From Octopus sinensis (Eukaryota), in NCBI RefSeq assembly GCF_006345805.1, contig NC_043002.1, positions 41,664,001 to 41,728,000 of the forward strand: a stretch of 64,000 nucleotides of DNA, in the 5' to 3' direction. Under the pieces are notes generated by a model. The model searched no databases and was not told the origin of the DNA. It saw only the letters and a program-made list of their open reading frames with translations. How positions within the stretch are numbered: position 1 is the first letter of the stretch; every line of letters starts with the position of its first letter. Below, piece by piece: positions 1 through 13,600 of the stretch. Made by a program: the position numbers and the translations under genes.

Positions 1-495
1 CAGCACAAAAAAAAAAAAACAAACACATTTCATTGGAGTGGGCTGCCAAAGAGATACATATTTCTATAATTTCCTCAAATATCAAAAAGATTTGAGACAC
101 TTCTCACTAACATAATTATATGTATGTCTGGTTATTATGAAACATACAGACACAAATATCGAGGTTCAACCAGTTTCTTTGATTTGTTGTGTTTCATTGT
201 ATATAATTCAAGCTAGTCAACCCCTCTAAAGATTTCCTGAAATCAATACTTTTATGTATTTTTATATTTTTTTCATATATCCATCCATCTATCTGTAATA
301 CTCTTTTGAAAAAAGAAATTTCATCCTTGCATTTTTTTTTTCCTATAATTTTTATGGTAGTATGTATGTTAAACAGGATTGATATATGTGTATGTTTGTG
401 ATGGGTAGTGTATGTATTAGAAGGTATGCCTTATTTGAAAGAGCTCAACCTATAAGCTAGTATTCACTCCCAGATTAAGCCAATGTCTTTTATTT

Positions 496-536
<41 letters not shown>

Positions 537-2374
537 CACCTCTGAATGAGAATGAGGTATATTAAATATACTTATCACCGTCATCATTTAGCGTCTGCTT
601 TCCATGCTGGCATGGGTCAGACAGTTTAACTGAAACTGGTAATCTGGAGAGCTGCACCAAGTTCCAGTTTGATTTGGCATGGTTTCAATAGTTGGATGCC
701 CTTCCTAGTGCCAACCACTCCAAGAGTGTAATAACAGAGCCTTAATTTATTAAAACTCAATTCACAAATAGAGAAGCTAGACAAAAGTCTGAATGAGAAG
801 AGAAAATAATTTCAAATAACAAAAGAATAAATTCTGAATAAATTAACCCAATAGCCTCTTGGTTTGGATATTGCCCTCACAATTGCAAGGGTCTTGGTTT
901 CATTTCCCAGACTGGTGTTGCGTTGTGATGTCGGACAAAACATTTCATTTCATGTTGCTCTAGTCTGTTCAGCTATGAACTGGTAACCCTGAAACAGATT
1001 GTCATTCCATTAAGAAGGAATGTTCGCCTGCTCACCCTGCTGGTGGGGTAGCATCTTTCGAAAGCTACAACAAAGTGAGGAATCTCATTGTGAGCAGTGG
1101 GTGATGTATAACATCTGATAGTCAGGTCAATACAGCGATGAGAAAAATATTATCTAATGTTAGTTTCAGAGGCAGAGGACAGCTAGGGATATGTTTTTGC
1201 CTCAGTAAATGTAATTGACACAGTTTTGCCCTTCTTCACCTCCGAAAGGAGCTTGTTTGTACATCTATGTATTTGATATCAAAGATAAGTCACCCACTTC
1301 TTGGGCATAAAAGGTAGGCAGTACCTATTCAGGTTAAAACTATGCCATGTAAAAACCATCCAGTCTACTCTTTAAAGTGGTTGGCATTAGGAAGGGCATC
1401 CAGCCGTAAGAACCATGCCAAAACTGAAATTGGAGCTTGGTGCAGTCCTCTGGCTTACCAGCACCGTCCAACTCATGCCAGCATGAAAGATGGATGTTAA
1501 GTGATGATGAATTTAGCAAATAAATAATTTCAGAATCATTATGAAAATAATTAAAATAGAGCATGAAATTAAATGCATAATTTAGTGAATTTTTTTTATT
1601 TTTTGTTATTTTTTTTACTTGTTTTATTTATAAGTCTACACCCTTGAAAGGTTAGTCGAACAAAGCAACCCCAGTACTCTTTCTCTTTTATTAAGTCTTG
1701 TACTTATTCTCTTGGCTTTTATGGGGCTGTAAACAAACCAACACCAGCTGTGATCTGGTGAGGGGAAAAATTTAGAAACATGCACACACACACGTATGTA
1801 CATATGTGCATATGATGGGCTTCCTTACAATTTCCATCTACTAAATTCTCTTGCAAGGCATTGGTCAGCCCACGCTTACTGTAGATAACACTTTCCCAAG
1901 GTGCAATGCAGTGGAACAGAACCCAAAACTACATGTTTGCAAAACGAGCTTCTTAACCACACAGCCATACCTGAATAGCTATTATTATTTTTTATACAAA
2001 GCACAATTTCCTTGTATCCTATGCTAATGTGCAGTAATATTAAATAACTGTCACTCCAAACTGTATAAAATATCATACATTAAAAGCGGAATTAATGTCT
2101 GTCTTTTGATCAATGTCCTGGTCATTGCAGAGTGAAGAGTCTATGCATGTGTATTACATCATTTGCTTCTGGCGTTTGAGCTAATTTTCCTAGACATTGC
2201 ATGTGAATGTCTATAAAAATGAATATATATATATCACACTACATCATGGCATACATCCAGCGCTTATAATTATTTTGCTTGTTTGCTGTTTTATTGTACT
2301 GTCTTGCCACCCATCTTTCAGAAAGTGATATATTTTTCTACCCATCTCCTGTCTTCCATATTGTCTATTTTTGT

Positions 2375-2850
2375 CTTTATAATTCTGACCACTTCTGACT
2401 ACCTCTTAATTCTCTATATATTCTCCATTATTCCTTATTGATCTCTGTTCTCTACAAGCTCCCTGTACCATTCCCTTTCACTGGCTCCTTCATCCCCCCC
2501 CCCCACCGTCTTATGTGCCTTGTTATTTTGTGTGTCCTTTGTCCATTTCTTTTTGCCTCTGCCTTCAATTCTTACTTTTATCTCCCACCTCACTTGATCT
2601 GGCCATCACCAGCATTGTCTTCGTAATTCTGACCGCTTCTTACTGTTTCTTAATTCTCTACTTTTTCTGTTATTCTTTATTGATTGATCTATTCTCTCCG
2701 CAAGTTCCGTGTACCATTCCGTTCCACTAGTTCCTTTCTTCTATTTTGTGTGCCTGCATTATTTTGTGTGTCCTTCTGTCCATCTCTTCTTCTTGCCATT
2801 GCCTTCATGTCTTACTTATATTCCACCTCTTTCAATCTGGCCATCACCAA
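2375..2850. repeat. Old diverged tandem duplication (~240-bp unit) in a pyrimidine-rich tract
   Basis: taattctgacc (~2380, ~2624), ttattttgtgtgtcctt (~2522, ~2759) and tctggccatcacca (~2598, ~2836) recur at ~240-bp spacing. Confidence 0.7.
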
Positions 2851-5382
2851 TATCATATTACATGCTTTGACTTCTCCTCCACAGTCTTCCCTTCACTCTT
2901 TACTTCCTGTCTCATTTTATACATCACACACACCTCTCACCGTTTTTTTCTACCTATCCCCCCCCCCCCACCTATCACACATATACTTTATTCAGTTTCT
3001 CTTTGCAATCTTGCAACCAACATTACAACATGTTTTAAGGCATGGCTGTGAGGTTAGAAGCTTGCTTCCCAACCACATGGTTCCAGGTTCAATCCCACTG
3101 TATGGCACCTTAGGCAAGTATTTTCTACTATGGGAAGCTGTTCAAAGCTTTGTGAGTGGATTTGGTAGACTGAAACTGAAAGAAGCCCATCGTATATCTA
3201 TCTATCTATCTGTGTGCCTTCGTGTCTATTTGTCTCCACCATTGCTTGGCAACCAGTGCTGGTATGTTTACGACCCCTTAACTTAACTTAAGTGGTTTGG
3301 CAAAAGACACCAATAGAATAAGTACCAGGCCTATAAAAAAAAAAAATTCCTGGTTTCAATTGATTCATCTAAAAATTCTGCAAGGCAATGCCCCAGCATG
3401 ACACAATCTAATGACTGAAACAAGTAAAAGATAAAAGATATATTCTCTTTTCCAATGTAATAGAATATATACAATAACTCCTCAGAAATCAACTTCCTGA
3501 ATTCTTCTCTATAAATGGATGGATAGGAATCCATCCATTTTAATCCATGGATTAAATATTGTCAATTTAAACCACCACTAGTTTCCCTGGATTTGGGCCC
3601 CCAATTACAAATTTGGTTACTTGAATTGGTCCAAGCATAATTTTTGAGTATTTCATGCCAAATAAATTCATTCAACCGAGTGATTTGGTAAATTGCTTCT
3701 TTTTTTCTCGTTTTTTTTTTTTTTTAAATACCATTGCATTCCACACATTTTTGTCCTAGCTAACAATTAAGTTCATTTTAGTTAAATAAAACTGATTTGA
3801 AGAGAAATTCCTAAATTTCTCCTCTTAGCAGTTTCTAAATGAAAAAAATTTTTTCTCCTGTGTTTTCTTCCCCTGATTTTTCTAGAAATCTCAATAATAG
3901 TCGAGCATATAATATATCCCCCTTTTTTAAATAGAATTACTGTTCTCTTGCGTGCGTTTGTGACAATAATCATTGACATTACTTCTGGGGATTTCCCACC
4001 CTCTCACTAACCTACCTCACCAGCTTCCAGGGTCACCAAATTCATGGTCGTTGCATGTAGACATGGAAAGCTATAGCATTTATCATAAATTCCTCAATAT
4101 ATATATATCTTTTATTCATCACTATTTCCTTTAAATATCTTTCTATCCTTGCATCACACACAACATGCATGCATAATGACATGCACACAAACACACACAC
4201 ATACGCATACATATATGCACACATGTATGACAGGTGCAGGTGTGGCTGTGTGGTTAAGAAGCTTGCTTTCCAACCATGTGGTTTTGGGTTCAGCCCTACT
4301 GCATGGCACCTTGGGCAAGTGTCTTCTAATATAGCCCCTGGGTTGAATAAAGTCTTGTGAGTGAATTCTGTGGACAGAAACTTAAAGAAACCTATTGCAT
4401 GCATGCATGTGTGTGTATGTGTATATATACATGTGTGTGTGTAAAGGTAAGATCCAAGGATCAAGGTGTAGGAAGATAGTCAGCTTCAAGCAGTCCAAAG
4501 AAGATATAAAAAACAACTTTCAGAAAAAATAGTGGTTTATTGGCATAAAAGGTTTTGAATTTTTCGTGTATTGAAGTACAATAAACTATGAAAGATATGT
4601 AACCTGGATTTTATCTACTCCATTCCCAAATTTTTGATAGCTGAAAGTGTGTGTCCATGCCAGACAAGTAGTGTCCTTCGTTTGCAATTTTCCATGAAAA
4701 CATGTCTGGTCATGAGGAAATATTACCTTACTTGGAAATAAGTGAGAGTAGGTGATAGGAAGGGCATCTGTCTGTAAAAATTTTTCCTCCATAAAATTCT
4801 GTTTAAAAGGTGAATGTTGAAATGATGATGATATATATACATACACATAATATATATATATATTTTCATTAGATTCAATTTATATTTATTTATAATTCAT
4901 ATAACATTATTCTTCATATATTTAATGTATATATTTCAGTTTACTTTAATCAGTTTAGCAATAGACAATAATGTTTTCGTCAATGTTAGAATATTTTCAT
5001 TAAGCTATTGTTTTCTTCAGGAATATTTCAATAAAATAAAATTCATATTTCTTTCTAAAATATATAAAAGTCCATTATATCAGTCTCTATATTACAGACT
5101 GTTATGCTATCTGTATGTATAATCTGATGACCTCCTACTGGGTTTATAAACACGTAGATGTGTGCTCACACACTTGTACCTTCATACAGCACGGCAAACA
5201 GACAACATATACATACCACCTTATAAGTTTCTCTGTATTCATATATATATATGTCCATGTGTGCTTGTGTCTACTAGTCTATATGTGTGTGTGTCTAGTC
5301 CTAGATAATTCCTCCTATCCAAAATGGTCATGGCTGGAATGTCTTCTGTCAAAGAGCATTGTTTAATGTAGTTAACTATATA

Positions 5383-5717
5383 TCATCATCATCATCGTTT
5401 TGCGTCCGCTTTCCATGCTGGCATGGGTTGGACGATTCAACTGGGGTCTGGGAAGCCAGAAGGCTGCACCAGGCCCAGTCTGATTTGGCAATGTTTCTAC
5501 GGCTGGATGCCCTTCCTAACGCCAACCACTCCGAGAGTGTAGTGGGTGCTTTTTACGTGCCAGATGAGGCTGGCAGCAGCCACGATTGGTTGGTGCTTTT
5601 TACGTGCCACCAGCACGGAGGCCAGTCGGGGCGGCACTGGCAACGGCCACGTTAGGATGGTTCTCTTATGTGCCACCGGCACTGGTATCACAGCTACAAT
5701 TTCCATTGATGTTGATC
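5383..5717 (-). mobile_element. SINE-like family 'B' with (ATG)n tail (RTE-like 3' end) and internal tandem repeats
   Basis: catcatcatc...gtccgctttccatgctggcatgggttggac...ggatgcccttcctaacgccaaccactccgag. Copies at ~575-735, 1340-1510 (opposite orientation), 9260-9510 (opposite), 36873-37142, 42350-42860, 53775-54050. Confidence 0.8.
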
Positions 5718-5752
5718 ATATGTAATTAATTCTAAACAAAGAATTAATAAAT

Positions 5753-5972
5753 ACAGTAATCCCTTGACTATTGTGGTGGTACATTCCAAAAAACCCCTGC
5801 AATAGGTGAAAATCCCCGAAGTAGAAACAGTACTGTACATAAAATTTTTATTTTTATTTTTATAATTTGTATATATTACTTTATTATAAATGCAAACCAG
5901 CACCATGGAGGAATCGATCTAAGCTTAAATAATAAACCATGATAGGTGAACTACAATATGATGAGGGATTAC
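5753..5972. mobile_element. Possible Tigger/pogo-type MITE
   Basis: Starts ta-cagtaatccctt and ends gagggattac, an imperfect inverted terminus; the right end overlaps another element. Confidence 0.35.
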
Positions 5973-7780
5973 ATTTGACAGAATAATACGAATACTAAAG
6001 GGTTAAATCAAATTTTCTGTTTTCCCAAATACCAAACCAGCTTCTATCAGCTATCTTTTATTTTTTTACTTGTTTTAGTCATTAAACTGTGGCCAAGCTG
6101 GGGCATTACCTTGAGTTTTTAGTTGAATGTATCGACTCCAGTACTTATTTTTTTTAAACTTGGTACTTATTCTATCAGGCTCTTTTGCTGAACTGCTAAG
6201 TCACTGGGACATAAACATAACAACACCAGTTGTCAAGTGGCATGTGTGTGTGTGCAGGGAGAGGACAAACACGCAGAAAGGCATACACACACATATATAT
6301 ATATCATATGGTACATATATACAATGAGCTTCTTTCAGTTTCTGTCTACCAAAGCCATTCACTAAGCTTTTATCAGCCCAAGGCTATAAGTAGAAGACAC
6401 TTGCCCAAGATGCCATGCAATGGGACTGATCCCAAAACCACATGGTTGGGAAGCAAGCTTCTTACCACACAGCCACTTCCGCACCTACAGTCATTTTAAT
6501 AATTTGATTATTTTAAAAATTACTTGAAACAAAAGCAGAATATTTCCACAAAAATTGGCAACAAAAAGGTTAAAGATTTTTGTTGTTTTTTTTATCTTTT
6601 TATGGAGAACATTAATCAACCCTTTGATAAAAATGTATATGATACTTAATTTCCAACATCCCTCATTAGAATTCATTGCAGCTCTGACTCTGGAAATGGA
6701 ATGAAAATGTGTCTGTCAAGTGACCAGGTCATAGATGAATCACACCATTTTTTTTTGTAACTTTTCTTTGCTCTTTTTTTCTTCTTTTTTTTTTGCAATA
6801 TATTGAAGAATATCACAAAACAGTATGATCACAAAAGAAGATATAAAGGAAAAAGTAATAAGGATATATGTATGTTTTTAAATAGCTACCATGACTATTC
6901 CACGAATAATTGTCTTGGAAAAATATGACACAAACCAAAATATGTACAAAACTCTGTGCTCGTAAACACGTTAAGCCTTTTCTCCTTGCTCTTCCTCTAC
7001 CCACCACTGCACCTCTTGATATAAGCCTAAATGATGATATCTCTTCCTTTATACTTTGCAATGGTGGTTGTGGTGTGTGTGTGTGTGTGTGTGTTGTGTG
7101 TATATATATATGTTGTGTGTGTGTGTGTAAAGAAAAAGTATAAAAAAGATGTAACAATAAATGGGAGTCATAATGAATTCAGATGGGGGGAATGGTGGGA
7201 AGTAAGAATTACATGCGTTTTGTCAAAGGATTCATTAATAACCTCACTAAAAACAAAACAAAAAGTCAAAAACAACAAAAAAACCCCAAAATTACTGAAT
7301 ATTTCTTCTTAGATTCACTGGATTTTGCTTTTGCTTTTCAATTGTTTTACACCCACACACATACACACACACACAACAAACATATACTACAAACATATAT
7401 GCACAAGCATATACACATATATGCACGTACACACATATTTTTCTTTTATCATTTTGACCTTTCGCTTTAGAAATTCCCCTTTATCTGATGACATTTTGGT
7501 TCTTTTTTACAAGGTATCTAAGATATTTCCATATCTGCATTGGATTAAATGCCCAAATCAAACACATTATCCCTACCTATCCCACTCTCTTTCTCTCTCC
7601 CCCTCTCTATCTCTATTGTTTGGCATCTCTCCCATCATCATCATAATTTTTTTTTATATATTCTGGTACTGCGTTTATATACTTATTCATCCCCGGGATT
7701 TATTATAACTTCTATTTTGTTTGATATTGTTTTGATTATGGTGATTATTTTTTTTATTCTATCTCTTCTGTTTCATTTCA

Positions 7781-7829
<49 letters not shown>

Positions 7830-8704
7830 AAGAGAGAGATAGAGAACTATATATATATATATGTGTGTGTGTGTGTTTATATGTATATATTCATATATCC
7901 ATATATGCAATCTGTTATTCTGATTTTAATATGTATAATAAATTCGTCGGGGGAAAATATATTTTTTCCCATGTTATATACTTCTAAGACAAGCGCTCAA
8001 AATTTTATCATATATATAGCTTGTAAAAGAGGATGACATTTCCTTAATATTCTTCTTATTATTCATATATCATTGTTGTTGTTGTTATTATTATCATTAT
8101 TATTATTATTATTATTATAGCCATAGGACAAATGTATGAATGTTAGTTATAACTCTTGCATTCTTAATGCAGTCATTCAACTATTCAGTCATATACACAC
8201 AGAAAATTGTGACTTGGCTTGCAAAAGAAATATATACATACAATGAAGGACAAACACATTTGTCGATTGTTCAATCTTTTATTTGGAATTTCGTTGAAAA
8301 AAAAAAAAAAGAAAAGGAAAAACGAAGAAAGAAAACTTCCATCTCTATCTTGTCATCTTTCAATAGGAATTTAGAACATTCCAGGGGAGAGAGGTGGGAT
8401 GCAAGAAGTGAGGAAGGAAGGAAGGAAAGGAAAAAAATATAGTATATTATCTAATAGAAGTTAATCTCTTTTCTTAGTTCTGCTTTGTCGAGGGTTATTG
8501 TTCCTCGTTGCAGTGAATTCACCTTTATTAGGCTCTTGTGTTTTATTTGAATTTGGTTTTGAGTTTTGTTGGTATTATTATTGTTGTTGTTGTTCTTCTT
8601 GTCATTCTAGCAACATTCTGTGAATAACAATCGCTTTTGTATGTATGTATGTATGCATGCATGCACACCTCTAATATAACATATTAAGATATATATTAAA
8701 TGAT

Positions 8705-8756
<52 letters not shown>

Positions 8757-8797
8757 GAGTACACACATTCACATATATTGTGATGACAGTATTGTAA

Positions 8798-8828
<31 letters not shown>

Positions 8829-10885
8829 AATTCTTTATACACATTTTTAAGGACTGCTTGCCTCATGTAAATCTTCAAGTGAGGCTATAGTTAAAGAGGT
8901 TATAAAAAGAATTTTCTTATATTAAGAATGGTAAAGAATGACAGTTTACAGCTTGGCTACTGCTTGTTCTAAGAGTGGTTACAATGCAAATATTCTACAG
9001 TACATCGATAACAAAAAGACAAAATGTGGAAAACTACAGTTTCCAATTCCTAATATGTATCCATCCATACATGTCTGTGGCAAATTCTGCTTAATTATAC
9101 TTTGTGTATCTTTTTATACTACAATAAAAAACACCCTGTACACTCCGTAAAGTGGTTGGTGGAGAAATAGGGAGTATGTAGATTTGAAAGGAGCTTTTAC
9201 TTGTCCTTTCAGATGCTGGTGCCAGTGCAGTATTAATGCATCCATGCTGGTACTGTGTTAATGCACCTGTACCTGTGGGGCATTAATGCACCTGTGCTGG
9301 TGCTGCGAAAACACACCTGTGCCAGTGCTGGTGGCATGCGAGAAGCACCCAGCACACTCAGTTAAGTGGTTGGCATTAGGAAGAGCATCCAGTTGTAGAA
9401 ACCATTCCACAACAGATAGCTGGAGTCTGAACATTTCCCTACTAGCCAGATCTATGTCAAACTGTCCAACATATACCAACATGGGAAGCAAACATTAAAT
9501 GATGATGATGATGAGGAGGAGGAGACAACAACCTCTCTTGTGCTAATGACACTTTAAAGTGCACTCAATACACACTATAAAGTGTTTGGTGATAGGAAGG
9601 GTATCTAGCTATAGAACCCAAACCAAAAAAGAAATCTTGCAAGATGTACTTCTCCTGCTTGTCTAGGAGGGTAGTGACTCTGAATAAGAACAGTCTTGAA
9701 TCCTGACAACTCATCCAGCCCATGCCAGCATAGAAAGAGGCAAAAGAGAATGATAATGATGTGTGTGTAAAGGTGCAACGCCTAGTGGTTAGGATGTTGT
9801 ACTCATGATCACAAGATTGTGGGTTCAATTTCCCAGATTGGCAGTGTGTTGTGTTCTTGAGCGAAACACTTCATTTCAGGTTGCTTCAGTTCACTCAGCT
9901 GTAAATAGGTGACTTTGTGACAGACTGGCTTTCTGTTTAGTGGAGAATGTTAGCCTTCCCACTTAACCAATAGAGTGGCATCATTCAAAAGCTACAACAA
10001 TCCAAGGAAGCTTATAGTCTAGTTGATAGAGTGATATATGCTGGCATGGGCTAGATGAGTTGTCAGAATTCAAGACGGTTCTTATTCAGAGTCGCTATCA
10101 TCCTAGACAGGCATGGATGGGATTTGTTGAGGCATATTTTCAATGGTTGGTTATGCTCCTTGTCACCTACTCTCACCTGTTTTCTGATGGCCGGAAAGTT
10201 TTTACACAGAGGAGGTGAAAAAATAACATTACTTGTATGATAATGAAGTCTATTTACAACCATCACGTGTCTAGACAAGGATATGCACAAAAACACACAT
10301 GCATGCACACACACACACACACACACACACACGTATATTACTCTTTTACTTGTTTCTGTCATTTGACTGTGGCTATGCTGGAGCACCACGTTTAGTCAAA
10401 CAAATCGACTCCAGGACTTATTCATTGTAAGCCTAGTACTTAATTCTATTGGTCTCTTTTGCTGAACCACTTAGTTACAGGGACGTAAACACACTAACAT
10501 CAGTTCCCAGAGCCATGTGATTTTTCAGTCATGTGACTGCAGCCATATTGGAGCACCACCTTTTAGTTGAACAAATTTTTTTTAAAACCTTGTACTTATT
10601 CTATCGGTCTCTGTTACTGAACCCCCCTCTCTCTACCTGCCTTTATGGCTTATAGGTTAAATGAGGTATGACTGCCCTTACTGCCGAAACAGCTGTCAGA
10701 TATGATATAATTACATATTATATTTTATATTTTATATTTCTATTTCCTTGTCTATTTATATTTACTATATATTTTGTATAATGCCTTTACTGATATGTAA
10801 TGGTGTAATAAAGTATTGATTGGGTATCATCTGATAGTTGATGTTTTATTGATTTAAGTATGTTTCTCCATTTTCTAATTTTGTA

Positions 10886-10917
<32 letters not shown>

Positions 10918-11512
10918 TGGCATGGGCTGGATGAGTTGTCAGAATTCAAGACAGTTCTTATTCAGAGTGGCTCCTAGACAGGCATAGATGGAATTTGTTG
11001 AGGCATATTTTCAATGGTTGGATGTCCTTCCTGTCACCTACTCTCACCTGTTTTCCAATGGCCGGAAAGTCTTTTCACAAAGATGTAGAAACAGTGTACT
11101 CCAAAGGAATTTAAAGATAACATAATCCAAGGGTAGAATAAGAAAATCCACGAATCAGACACTCCAAATCAATTGGAAAGATGTAGAGGGTCCGTGTGAG
11201 CATGCAGTAAATAGTCAATTCCATATGTATGCTTTGTTTTGCTCTCAATAAATAAATACTATATCGTGTGGTTCAGAAACTTTTATTCCCAACCATGTAG
11301 TCATGAGTTCAGTCCCACTGTACCATACCCTGACCAAGTGTCTTCTGCTGTAGCTCTAGGCATACCAAAGCCCTGTGAGTGGATTTGGTTGGCAGAAACT
11401 GAAAGAAGCCCATCATATATATATATGTGTACATGTACATTGCTGCTATAGCTCTAGGCATACTAAAGCCCTGTGAGTGGTTTTGGTAGACAGAAACTGA
11501 AAGAAGCCCATC

Positions 11513-11894
11513 AGGAGTGGTTGTGTGGTAAGTAGCTTGTTTACCAACCACATTGTTCCGGGTTCAGTCTCACTGCGTGGCACCTTGGGCAAGTGTCTTC
11601 TACTATAGCCTTGGGCCGACCAAAGCCTTGTGAGTGGATTTGGTAGACGGAAACTGAAAGAAGCCCGTCGTATATATGTATATATATGTGTGCGTGTATG
11701 TTTGTGTTTGTCCCCCTAGCATTGCTTGACAAGCGATGCTGGTGTGTTTATGTCCCCGCCACTTAGCGGTTCGGCAAAAGAGACCAATAGAATAAATACT
11801 GGGCTTACAAAGAATAAGTCCCGGGGTTGAGTTGCTCGATTAAAGGCGGTGCTCCAGCATGGCCGCAGTCAAATGACTGAAACAAGTAAAAGAG
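11513..11894 (+). mobile_element. tRNA-derived SINE family 'A', best-preserved copy; bipartite with a central (TA/TG)n tract
   Basis: Head gtggttgtgtggtaagtagc...gggttcagtc (A/B-box like), then gcaccttgggcaagtgtcttctactatagc...ggaaactgaaagaagccc, a microsatellite, and a 3' half ending caaatgactgaaacaagtaaaag. More than 25 full or partial copies, e.g. ~1650-1975(-), 3040-3435(+), 6064-6480(-), 13220-13350(-), 13400-13935(+), 16340-16620(+), 19420-19905(+), 21835-22230(-), 30515-30765(+), 30930-31320(-), 34585-34935(-), 43180-43550(+), 45505-45820(-), 55085-55470(+), 60045-60440(+), 60980-61230(-). Resembles the tRNA-derived octopus SINE class; exact family not assigned. Confidence 0.9.
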
Positions 11895-12963
11895 TATGCA
11901 TACATGTACATTGATTTGTCCGGGAGCCTAAAATGTTAAGACATCTCTGGTGCTGTGTTCAAATCCTTCCAATGGTTCTAGGTTGAAAAAGGCATAGATT
12001 TTGCTAGGTTGATTTTCATCCCCACCCACCAACAATAGACTTTGTGGAGATAGTTTTCAGTGGTGCCTTTAATGCAACACATTGTATTGAAGGACTTAGC
12101 AGTGCCACATTGTTGTTGACCTTTTCCCAAAGATATTAACAAAGAGGTATGTCATCCCTCTTATTTCAAAGTCAATAGAACTAACCCATCCGTTAATGGA
12201 CCATTTGTTATTAATAATCAAGTAGGAAAAAAAAACAGAAGTATTTGATGTTTTGGCTTATTTTATCATATATGTGAAAAATGTTATTAAACGGACTAGG
12301 TTTGTGAGAAAGAGGGAGAGAAATTGTGTGTGTGTGTGTGTGTGTGTGAATATGAGTCAGAATGTGTGACTGTGTATGTATGTATGTGCGCACGCACGTG
12401 ACTATGTGTTTGTATGTCAGCGCGCGCGCGCGTCAATGTGCGTGCGTTGTCAGCTTGTGTGCGCGTGTCAGAGTGTGTGCATGCGCGTCAGTGTGCACTA
12501 GATAAAGCGACAGAGAATTTTGATGCATTTGTGTTGTGCAAGTGCTAGCAAATCCTTTTGAGTACGTTCTTGTAAGAGTTGTAATAGGTTTACTACTCTC
12601 GAAGATTTTTTTTTTCTTTGATTTTGCTCACAGTGGGCGGCACATGGATAAGAACGATTATTTATAGTAAATTGTTTTTTATCGGCTTCCCACTTCCCTG
12701 AAGGGGGAAAAAGAGTAAAAAAAAAAAAATCTTTGAAGAAAGTAACACTATATCGGAAAGTACAAGTAGAATATCAAAGATATTTCCCATGTTATTGATA
12801 TCACAAGCATTGGGCATTTTTGGCATTTAATTATTTCAAATGTAAACATTTCAAGCTTACTCTGAATACACTAAGCTTATTTCCTACCAAATCTGGTTCT
12901 ACTGTAGCTGTTTGCTCTTTTCTCGTCAGATAAAGAATTAATACTTAACGTGTCTAAATAATG

Positions 12964-13016
<53 letters not shown>

Positions 13017-13356
13017 GCGTATGGGGATGTATTTTACATCCTTATTTCCACCTTGTTACAAACATTTTGGTAGACGATAAATTACTGGAATTTCTCGGAT
13101 ATGCCATCCCCATGAATAAAAATAATAGATAGGTTAGTGTTACCATATTAAATGCATGGAACATTAAACAGATAATTGGATACAATTCTATGACGAAGGG
13201 AGAAAAAGTATTCGTACACGTAGCTTTGTGGTTTAGAAGCTTGCTTCCCAACCATGTAGTCTTGGGTTCAGCACTACTGCTCTGCACCTTGGGCAAGTGT
13301 CTTCTACTATAGCCCTGAACCCACCAAAGTCTTGTGGACTGACTGAAAGAAGCCCG

Positions 13357-13390
<34 letters not shown>

Positions 13391-13600
13391 GCACACACAC
13401 GTGGCTGTGTGCTAAGAAGCTAACTTCCCAACCACATAGTTTCGAGTTCAGTCCCACTGCGTGATGCCTTGGGCAAGTGTCTTTTACGATAGCCTCGGGC
13501 CGGCGAAAAGAACTTGTTAGTGGATTTGGTAGACGGAAACTGAAAGAAGCCCGTCGTGTGTATATATATATATATATATTCCTGACGTTATATTTGACGT

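Noticed and set aside
6813-7157. 114-aa minus-strand ORF with a basic then hydrophobic segment
   Set aside because: Begins in microsatellite, has no ATG near the non-repetitive part and shows no recognisable domain.
11513-11600. tRNA-like sequences at SINE heads
   Set aside because: A/B-box-like motifs only, with no cloverleaf or acceptor stem; these are SINE heads, not tRNA genes.
12061-12147. AG...GTATGT-bounded candidate exon
   Set aside because: Stops in all three frames and no evidence for a non-coding exon.
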